Shown here piece by piece: positions 37,776 to 47,051 of a stretch of DNA of 64,000 bases. The DNA is taken from positions 1,798,001 to 1,862,000 of the forward strand of contig MU008163.1 of NCBI GenBank assembly GCA_010909165.1, given 5' to 3'. The notes under the pieces were generated by a model, which was given only the letters and a program-made list of their open reading frames with translations, had not been told where the DNA came from and ran no database searches. Source of the stretch: Anthoceros angustus. Lineage: Eukaryota > Plantae > Anthocerotophyta. Every line of letters begins with the position of its first letter. The first letter of the stretch is position 1. The translations under genes were made by a program, and so were the position numbers.

Positions 37776-39721
37776 GGTTCACATGTAAGCGATCCACAAG
37801 ACTATTGCAACGTGCACACTCCTTCTACATTGAAGAAACACCATCTCCAACACCTATTAGGAAAATTCATTCCAGATTAGAGCAAAGAAGAGCACACTAC
37901 GGTTAAGCACCTTTGTGTTGAACCCTTATTTTAAATGTTCAGACTGGTTAGGCGGCTTGGCCTGGAAAAGGAAGCGTTATAGTGAACTTGACTTGAGCGT
38001 TCATCATTCGCTTGCAAGCCCTAGCCACAGCTTGGAAGATCGACTATGATGGTGCAGCCTTGGCTAAGCTTCCAACGTCTGGTGAAGATGATGTTGCACA
38101 AGTGGCAGCTATGGGAACAGCTCTAGGGATTTGGTAAACCCGTCCTCTCCTTAGGACCTCGTTGACCATCAGTGCTTCCTCCTACTCAAGGGTCGTGTGG
38201 ATTTGATACGTACCTACCAACACAAATGCAGTAGGTCATCAGGAACAGGAATGGCGACCAGAAAGGAGGAGAGGAGTGCGAAGGTAGGGTGCGATGTGCG
38301 GTGCAGTGCAGGTAGCCCCTAATGCTGTGATGTAGAGCTGGGGCTCCATCCTGCGAGGTTCCCCCTATAGCCCAGTGGAGTCCTCTACAACTCGGCGCCC
38401 GCTTTGGGTGGTCGTGGCGGCCGGGCTCGTGAGTGGGGTCCGGCAAAGTGCGGGTCTCCCTCATGGCGGGGCGGGATTGATGCCGAGCTTCGTGGGCGTG
38501 GCGAGTAGGGGTGGCCGGCAGTGAGGCCCGGGAGGTCATGGCTGCAGGGCCCGGTGGTGAGCCGGCTTCCAGGTTTAGGGTTTTGCAGTAGCGAGTCTTT
38601 CAGGTTTAGGATTTCACAGGTTTTAGGGTTCTACGGCGGCGGCTTTAGGGTTTTCAGGCAGGGGGTAGAGTTTTGTAGTGGCGGGGCCCGACTTTTCAGT
38701 TCTAGCGGGCTTTGGTGGGACCGGCATGTTCCGACCAGCCACGTGCTTTTAGAGTTTCTATTCAGGATTTTGGGAGCGGGGGTCTGTGCGGTGGGTTGTC
38801 AAGTGTTTTGCTGGTTTAGGTCCCTCTGGGCAGGGGCCTTTGGCTAGCCCATTGGGGCTCGCCATACATAGCATACACTCCATATGTCTGGTAAATGTCG
38901 GGGACACTTTGTCCTTGGCACCTAGTGCCCCTCGACCCTGAGACCCTTGGGCAATCGTCCACAGGTTGTTCCCTGAATCGTGCCGTTCTCATTTGTCATG
39001 GGGGTGAAATGTCACATTAGATACAAACACAAGCACTTCGACTGAACCACCTAGGAGGCTCAGGTGAGGCTTGCTTCTTCTAGTATAGTGGGGCTATACC
39101 TCTGGCTCCGAGTTTGGATGCTCCCCTCGGCCCGCCACCAGAGTCCTGGCTATGGCTGCAAATGCAATTGGATCATCTGCTCACCCTGTTCGAAGCGCGC
39201 TTTCTGGGACCCCGCCTTTTTCAGCGCCTCCCGAGGCATCTGCATGACGACGTTCGCCTTGCCTAGTGCTTCCACTAGATCGCCTTGCGCTGAACCCTTG
39301 GGAGGAGGCGCAGCTTGGACTCTGATCCTTTTTCTCCCCCGGCGGTGTCTTCATCGCTCCAGGGGTGGTTCTTCCGGCCATAGGGAGGTAGCGTCTCGTC
39401 TCCGTCAGTTCCGGGCCGAGGACTGGGAAGCTCAGCAAGAAGAGGGTAAAGTGCAGCAAGCTTTGAGAAAAGAATAATTATATTGATGATGTGGGGCTAT
39501 TTATACAACTGTTCATTGCAGTTATAACTGCCTTCTCTAATAACTAACTCCACGTATAACCGCTGAGGTTAAGTTGAGTAACTGCTATCTACTGAGTTTA
39601 ATTAAATATTTATTGCTCGCAGCATGTGAAACGGGCCCTAAGTTCTGCTACCAGTGCTGACGGCGCATAAGGTCACAATAGAGGGGGGTGCGCATCGAGA
39701 TCGAAGCTGGAGGCCGCCAAG

Positions 39722-40110
39722 GTGGATCGGGTCTGTGAGGACCTCGTCAAGGCACGGCTCAAGAGGTGTCTCTTGCTAGGATGTGCTGGGGAATACGCTA
39801 GGGTTGCCTGGGCACTTCGCCCGGAGCCGATGGCGCCAACCTCCGAGGACACCATCTTTTCGTTCCATGCCCTTCATCCGGCCCCAGATGACCTCATTCC
39901 ACATAACATCCCAGATTACTTGCCGGAGGAGCCTTTTTGACTCGACGGGACGGTCTTCAGCAGGGCTCTTGCTAGTGCCCCATGGCTCTCTACGGGTGGT
40001 TTGTCTGGGATAGTCTACGATCACCTTTGGAATTACTTTGCTCCTAAGGATCATTCTAGCGGTTTCTTGGAGCTCTTCATTCTGGTTGCGGATTGTTCAG
40101 CAACTTCAAG
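39722..40110 (+). mobile_element. Degenerate non-LTR retrotransposon RT N-terminal fragment, CRE-like
   Basis: GEYARVAWALRPEPMAPTSEDTIFSFHALHP...*LDGTVFSRALASAPWLSTGGLSGIVYDHL...SGFLELF resembles the GE.srA...L.....AP.s..T...L..LHP / AP..S.GG.SG...eHL pattern upstream of the RT core in CRE-clade elements; one in-frame stop; truncated. Confidence 0.55.
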
Positions 40111-40438
40111 ATGCAAGGGCAATTGGTCAAGCTATTTCCGGAAAGGCAGCCCAAAAGATTTGTAGGGTCATGATTGAAGGTCAAGCTCCAGAAACTGTAA
40201 AGAACAACTGCACCCACAAAGGTTTCAAAGTTTCAATTCCATGGGCCGTACAATTTATGCATAACTCCAGAGATGTAGTGGAAAATCAGAACTCTTACGA
40301 TAGTGGCATCTACAGTTTCTGATAATTGGCAGCAATAACGAAAGGAAATGACATATAGAATTGCTTATCTTGTTAAGCAACATGATATACTAGAATGTTT
40401 GATGGTGAAGATGGATCAGATGGGAATACATTTGGCAC

Positions 40439-41306
40439 TTGTCAGAGGCACATACATGGGAAAAGAAAAGTGCAAAACATGTTCAAGTTCTTGGGATGGA
40501 TGACAAGCACCAAATTACAGTATGTGTAGCTTCATCAGCTAAGGGAGACATGTTACCTTTGCAACTGATTTTAGCGGGAACTACACAAAGGTGTCTTCTG
40601 AAAAATCAGTGCATCAGAAAGATACCTTTGTGTAGACAGACATCGGCAGAAATCAGCGGCAGACAACATTTATTTGACATACTAAAAAAATCACTAGCTT
40701 ACACAAGAAACCATGAGATAACATGTTGCAAAGATACTTTTGCTATATTATTTGGTCAAGTGAAAAAATTAAAGATGAAAGCAAATTAAAATATGATCCT
40801 ACTCGTACACTGCTTGTTACTTCACAAATCAATAGAATTTTTAAGTTGGATGAAGGAAACTTGTTCTTATATTATGATAATCTTCATTGCAAAGAATTGA
40901 ACATCACTGTTTCAACCTGCTGATGTCATCCTACAAAGGCCACTGAAACATGCTTTCAAGTTACAATATGATGAATGGATTACTAAGCATATGAGAAGAC
41001 GTGAATACAGGTAGAGCTATTAAGTTGGATCATTTTATAAAAAAACTCAAAAAGAAAGTTTGTACTTGGATAGTGAATGCGTGGGAGTTAGTATGAACCA
41101 GACAAAATATGATAGTAAACGGATGGGAGAAATGTGAGATCCTTACAACATTCGAGCCGACCTTCCAAGTTAAAGCTATGGAGTATAATTCCTCATCTCC
41201 CTTATTTGTTAGGCTCGAATGTCTTGTGGAGGAAGCAGAAGCAATTATTGAGTTGGATGACCTTGCTGAAGATGATGTAGTTGAAGATCTGGATAAAATA
41301 ATGTAG
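40439..41306 (+). mobile_element. Degenerate DDE_1 (pogo/Tigger-type) transposase
   Basis: TWEKKSAKHVQVLGMDDKHQITVCVASSAKGDMLPLQLILAGTT, QPADVILQRPLKHAFKLQYDEWIT and KKKVCTWIVNAW, separated by frameshifts and stops. Confidence 0.75.
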
Positions 41307-41689
41307 CAATTTGTGCAAGAAAATAAGAGTGTTTCAAATCGCAAACCTAACATCAAAGATGCAGCAAGATCAAATGCCTTGAACAAATGGCTTCAAAAAT
41401 CACATTCAGAAATGGTAAACACAGAATCTGATTAATGAATATTTTGTTGAGATTTTATAGAGCTTGGAAGAATCGGACAAAGGGAGCAGTTGAAGTCAAA
41501 ATCTTAGATTGCAAAATGAACAGTAAGTAGTTGAAGTAAGAACCTTAGAGTCAAAACTACACCGAGCATCACATTGCAAACATGCTGCCACCAAGAGGAG
41601 GGGACAGTAAGACTCACACAATAATCCCGTGTTTTGACAGGCTTAGGAGCCACATGAATTGAGCTTCGTCTATGAGAACAACATAAGTC

Positions 41690-41945
41690 TGGAAGAGCCC
41701 GACCACTCGGCTCATTTTCTAGCCTGGAGAGTGGGGTGGGCGCAGTGGCCACTTAGTTGCAACGATGTGTTGAGATGGATCCAGGCATTCCCGTTCCCTT
41801 GCCCGAGCTGCATGAATTGAGCTTCGTCCACAAGGACAACATACTTGAAGAGCCCGACCACTTGGCTCATGAATTTTCTGACTTGGAGAGGTTGGTGGAC
41901 ACTGTAGCCACTCAGCTGCGACGACGTGTTGAGATGGATCCACGC
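41690..41945. repeat. Diverged direct repeat, about 95 bp at a period of about 157 bp, in TE debris
   Basis: gaagagcccgaccact.ggctca...tggagag...g.gttgagatggatcca at about 41692 and about 41848. Confidence 0.7.
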
Positions 41946-42465
41946 AACCTAAGGTGCGAGGTTTCATCTTATCCAAGAAGTTGGATTTGGAAGGAGAGGC
42001 ACTGTGGCCCACCTGCATATCCAAGGAACCTAGCTGCACATCAACTCGAGCTGGTTTAACCACACAACCTCGTCGGACCGCTTAGCCAAAAGTCATGCAA
42101 ATGGGAGCTCTTCTTACCTCCTCCATTGTCCGACCACTTGGGCTCTTCTCTTGCGCCGTCACTGCAGCGGTTCCTCACGCCTTGCATTGGCTAGAAGCGG
42201 CGGGCCACGCGCACCAGTAGCCTGCAAGTGACCACATCATGCTCTTAGTTGCAATGGCCCAATATGCTTTCCCTCGAATCACATGGGCGGCCTCTTAGCA
42301 GTAGATAACGGTTCGGCATTGTAGGGTGGCGGGAGTGTACCTAAAATGAAAATAATTATTATTTCGGCATTGTAATCAAATAATATCTAAAATATGTGAC
42401 TTATTATTTTTATAATTAATTTCTGCTAAATTATGGTTTGCTCTACTGTAATCCAATGTCGGATA

Positions 42466-42560
42466 GGTTTTGTATTTTTGAGGTGATAATCCTGAATGAT
42501 TTTTGTATTTTTGAGGTGATAATCCTTGTATTTTTGTATTTTTGAGGTGATAATCCTTGT
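42466..42560. repeat. About 31-bp tandem repeat x3
   Basis: ttttgtatttttgaggtgataatcct repeated. Confidence 0.9.
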
Positions 42561-43862
42561 AAAGAGCTATGTATTGATGTAAAGATTGTTATCAAAAGTT
42601 AAGTAAAATAGCACATAATTGATCCCGTTTTCACTTCATGAAAAGACAACGTTTGCATTTTTTGCTTGGTTTGGAAGACTCGGGCTTCTTTTACCATGTC
42701 CGATTGTATTAAGGGAGCTGTTTTGAAGGTTTACAACCTAAGTTAGCATTAAGAAGTCAAGAAAATGATGCTCACATGAGGTTAGAGACTTTTGAAAAGC
42801 TTATAAGAAATTTGTGAATTTCAAAAACGAAATTCTGTTTCTAGGGAAAAAACTTTTATGGATTATGGATACTTCTAGTATGCTTATCTTAGACTCTCTT
42901 AGAAAAACTAGCCAGAAAACATTTCAAAAAGCCAACCAATTGTGGTTAGAAACTCTAAGAGAAACAAATAGAAAGGAATATGTTTCGATGATTTTACTAG
43001 GTTTTGTTCGCGTTGTTTCATGCATTCAATATTTTAAAAAATAGCACCATATGCGAAATTGCTGGAAGAGCAAAACTACTAAAAAGTGATTAAAAAAACA
43101 TCATTAAAAAAATTTTCTTATTAAGTACCTCAAATTCTCAATTTAACTTTCTTATTACGTACCTCAAATTCTCAATTTGACCTCTTTGACCATTCTAGGG
43201 ACAAGAAACTCCCTCAACTTCACTCGTAGCAACTCCACTCATACAATCCCTCCCACTTCTAGGCCAGAACATGCCTATGATAAGAAATTGTAGTGTCCTC
43301 GACATCTCACCGAATGGAACCATAATCAAAGATCAAAAATCGCCAAAGAGTAGGTCAAAATGAGCTCTACAAGAGTTATAAAGAATCACCAAACGTTTCT
43401 AATAACGCACCATTTCGCGATGGGAGCAGGAAAACAAAAAAGAACGGTTTAGCATGCTTTTACTAAGAAAATAAGGTGATCATTTTGGGGATAAAAACGA
43501 GATAATGAGGACACCTACCGCCATGTACCAAGTTATAGAAGTAGATAGTGCTGCAGAAGAAGAACACTTGTGATGGCACATTCCGGGAATTCGTAGTCTT
43601 CAATAGCTTCCCACCCACGACAGTTGAACTACTACCAGTAGTGGTTGTCATTTTAATGGTGGTCTCGTCCCGGTTCGTTCTCTACCATGGTTGTATGCCG
43701 CAGCAGTTTGCCAATAAATGCAAACCCCGGAGATTTTCTACGGTGTTTTTTTGTTCCCTCCCGTAGCCAGCGTCCCTCTGTGCCCAGAGAACCGATCTTC
43801 GTTTTCATCGGCAGACATGTCTCCCTGTTACGTGCCCAGATGTGGCACATGCAGTCCTTCCT

Positions 43863-46787
43863 TCACACGTTGCGGACTTCGTCCTGACTCTGGGGATGGT
43901 GCTTATCCCCAACCAAGAAACTATGCACTAGTCCGTTCATGTCTGTCCACCAGCTCTGACCCGGCTGCTTCCATGCCCAAATACTTTTTCTCCTCGCCTG
44001 GATCTCCTGTGCCTGCTCCCACATCTGGGCACCGGTGTAAGTATTGGACATCAACACATATGCAGCAGCGTCTTGCTCGTCTAACTTCACTGCTTTATTG
44101 AAAGCATAGAGTCCCACCTCCACGTTGCTCCACTTTCGACAAGCGCCCAACAGAGTGTGCCACACTGCAGAAGTGGGCATTATGTGCATCGCCTTTACCA
44201 GCGCCAGTGCCTCATCCAGTTGGCCTGCGCGACCCAGGAGATCCACCATGCATGTGTAGTGCTCCACCGTGGGAGTGATGCCGTAGCGTTTGCTCATCGC
44301 CTCAAAGTACTCTCTCCCCTTGTCCACTAAACCCGCATGACTGCATACTGTTAGTACGCTGAGGCAAGTGATGCCGACTGGCTGTATGCCATCTTCTCTC
44401 ATTCTCTGGAACAGCTGAAAGACCAGTTCACTATCTCCTTGACAGGAGTAGCCTGCAATCAGTGCACTCCACGCGACGACATCTCTTTCGGACAGTGCAT
44501 CAAATACCTGCTGTGCATCAACCATGCTCCCACACTTTCCATACATGTTTATCAAACTGCCGGCTACAAACACGTCAGCTTGAAGCCCTTGTTCTTCAAC
44601 TTGTGCATGTAGCTGCCTTCCCAGATGCAAAGCTGCCAGATTGGCACATGCCTGCAGGAGACACACAAATGTCACAGAATCAGGTGCAACGATATTTTCT
44701 TCTTCCATAGCCCTGTAGAGACGAAGGGCTTTCTGGCCCATGCCCTGCTGGGAATAGCCTGCTATCATGGCATTCCACAACACCACATCTTTTTGACCAA
44801 GTTCGTCAAACACTCTCTGAGCATCCTCCAGGCTGCCACACTTTGCATACATGTTCACCAAACTGTTTGCAACAAACCCATCGGCTTGTCTTTCTTGATC
44901 TCTAATTTGTGCATGAAGGAGCTTACCATTCTCTAAAGCAACATTGCCTAGACTTGCACATGCCTGCAGGAGGCAAACAAATGTGACAGAGTCAGGTACA
45001 GTGATACCCTCGTCTTGCATAGCACTGTACAGACGAAGGGCTTCCAGGGCCATATCCTGCTGGATATACCCTGCTATCAGAACATTCCACGTCACAACAT
45101 CTTTTTGAGAGAGTCCGTCAAACACAGTCTGAGCATCCTCTAGGCTGCCGCACCTTGAGTACATGTTTACCAAACTGTTGGCTACAAACACGTCACCCAG
45201 GTGTCCTCGTTCTCGAATTTGCAGATGGAGCTGTTTCCCCGTCACCAACGCAGAAGTGCCAACACTTGCACATGCCTGCAGCACACTCACAAATGTCGCA
45301 GAATTGGGTAAAGCGCCCCCTTCTTCTTGCATAGCATTATAGAGACAAAGGGCCTCCTGGCCCATACCCTGCTGGGAATACCCTGCTATCATAGCATTCC
45401 AAGTCACCACATCTTTCTGAACAAGTCCTTCAAATTCTCGTTCAGCGTCTTCCAAGCTGCCACACTTTGCATACATGTTTACCAAACTGTTGGCTACAAA
45501 CACATCAGCTTGGTATCCTTGTTCTTTTAATTGTGCAGAAAGCTGCTTCCCATTCACCAATGCCAAGGTGCCAAGACTTGCACATGCCTGGAGAAGGCAC
45601 ACAAATGTAACCGAATTGGGTACAGCGATGCCCTCTTCTTGCATACCACTGTAGAGATGAAGGGCCTCCTGGCCCATGCCCTGCTGAGAATATCCAGCAA
45701 TAAGCGCAGTCCATGTGACCACGTCTTTCTGAACAAGTCCGTCAAACACTCTTTGCGCCTCTTCTAGGCTGCCACACTTGGCGTACATATTCACCAAACT
45801 GTTGGCTACAACCACATCACCTTCATGTCCTCGTTCTCTTAACTGCGCATGCAGCTGCCTTCCCTTCTCCAAAGCTGGGGCACCTACACTTGCACATGCC
45901 TGTAGGAGGCACACGAATGTCACAGAATCCGGTGCAACTCCACCTTCTTCTTCCATAGCACTGTACAGACGAAGGGCTTTCTGGCCCAAGCCCTGCTGGT
46001 AATACCCTGCCATCATGGCATTCCATGTCACCACATTTTTCTTAACAAGACCATCAAACACGCCCTGCGCATCCTCTAAGCTGCCGCACTTTGCATACAT
46101 GTCCACCAAGCCACTACAAACGAACAAATCAGGCTCAACCCCACTAGCCAAAACATCAGCATGCACCTGCTGCCCAGTTTTTAAGTCTGATCCCCTCGCA
46201 CAAGCCTGAAGGGCTGCTACAAACACATGCCCATCCGCCTTCGCACGGGTCCCTCGCATCCGATGATACAGCTCTATCGCTTGCCTGTCCTGACCTTGCT
46301 TAACATGCGCAGAAATTAAGGAAGACCACATAAAGGCATCCGGCATGGCAACCACTCCAAACACATCCATCGCGTCCTGCAACCTGCCATGGGCAGCATA
46401 CATTCGGAGAATGTGGTTGCAGAGAAACGTGTCCGAAACGTGCCCCTGTTTCACTGTGAAAGCATGGACTCTGCGACCAAGCACAAGATCCTTCCTGACT
46501 ACACATTTCTTCAAAACATGGTAGAACAGATATTTGGAAATACAACAGCCCAACTGTACCAGAACTCCCAAAGCCTCAACGGCCTCAGTGACAAGACCGT
46601 GATCGCATAACCCGCTCACGGTTTCAGTTGTGACGCCCCTTTCGTATCCTCCAGGCCTGGGAGGGCCAGGATCATCCCGTAATTGGCCAAAGGACCTCCT
46701 GGGGCTCCATGTGCCGGAATTCAGGCGAATTGTCCTCCTTCTTCCCGACCTCCCTTTCATCCCATTGACGATTTGTTGGGTCCCCAC
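43863..46787 (-). CDS. PLS-class PPR protein with E and truncated E+, no DYW; N-terminus uncertain (first in-frame ATG at 46760; leader possibly from 47014)
   Basis: 974-codon ORF (the ORF-track start is GTG); highly similar PLS triplets; ends E1/E2 and PGQSWWTDMNGLVHSFLVGDKHHPQ. Confidence 0.92.
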   Translation of the reverse strand: MGTQQIVNGMKGRSGRRRTIRLNSGTWSPRRSFGQLRDDPGPPRPGGYERGVTTETVSGLCDHGLVTEAVEALGVLVQLGCCISKYLFYHVLKKCVVRKDLVLGRRVHAFTVKQGHVSDTFLCNHILRMYAAHGRLQDAMDVFGVVAMPDAFMWSSLISAHVKQGQDRQAIELYHRMRGTRAKADGHVFVAALQACARGSDLKTGQQVHADVLASGVEPDLFVCSGLVDMYAKCGSLEDAQGVFDGLVKKNVVTWNAMMAGYYQQGLGQKALRLYSAMEEEGGVAPDSVTFVCLLQACASVGAPALEKGRQLHAQLRERGHEGDVVVANSLVNMYAKCGSLEEAQRVFDGLVQKDVVTWTALIAGYSQQGMGQEALHLYSGMQEEGIAVPNSVTFVCLLQACASLGTLALVNGKQLSAQLKEQGYQADVFVANSLVNMYAKCGSLEDAEREFEGLVQKDVVTWNAMIAGYSQQGMGQEALCLYNAMQEEGGALPNSATFVSVLQACASVGTSALVTGKQLHLQIRERGHLGDVFVANSLVNMYSRCGSLEDAQTVFDGLSQKDVVTWNVLIAGYIQQDMALEALRLYSAMQDEGITVPDSVTFVCLLQACASLGNVALENGKLLHAQIRDQERQADGFVANSLVNMYAKCGSLEDAQRVFDELGQKDVVLWNAMIAGYSQQGMGQKALRLYRAMEEENIVAPDSVTFVCLLQACANLAALHLGRQLHAQVEEQGLQADVFVAGSLINMYGKCGSMVDAQQVFDALSERDVVAWSALIAGYSCQGDSELVFQLFQRMREDGIQPVGITCLSVLTVCSHAGLVDKGREYFEAMSKRYGITPTVEHYTCMVDLLGRAGQLDEALALVKAMHIMPTSAVWHTLLGACRKWSNVEVGLYAFNKAVKLDEQDAAAYVLMSNTYTGAQMWEQAQEIQARRKSIWAWKQPGQSWWTDMNGLVHSFLVGDKHHPQSQDEVRNV

Positions 46788-47051
46788 AAAAGTGCGCCCA
46801 CAAGAGCACCTGAGGGGGGAGCCCGCAAGTGCTGCACCTCGCGACTTCGTTCTTTGTCAACGTCAGATGAACAGCATCTCCTCCCGCAATACCGCTCAAC
46901 CGCCGGGGAGCCATCACAAGACCACATGCCGAACCTGCACCAGGGAGGAGAGCGCATAAATCCGAATCTACTCGCTCGCGCAGCTCGGATATGCAAGACT
47001 ATGCAGTGTGACATTCCACCGGAAACCAGGCGTCGGGTCTCCGGATTGCTG

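Noticed and set aside
38560-38650. Scattered TTTAGGG-like motifs in GC-rich DNA near the CRE-like fragment
   Set aside because: Isolated and degenerate, not a tandem telomeric tract; a link to telomere-targeting elements cannot be supported.
39470-39625. AT-rich segment resembling an LTR end
   Set aside because: No second copy, primer-binding site, polypurine tract or TSD found in the window.
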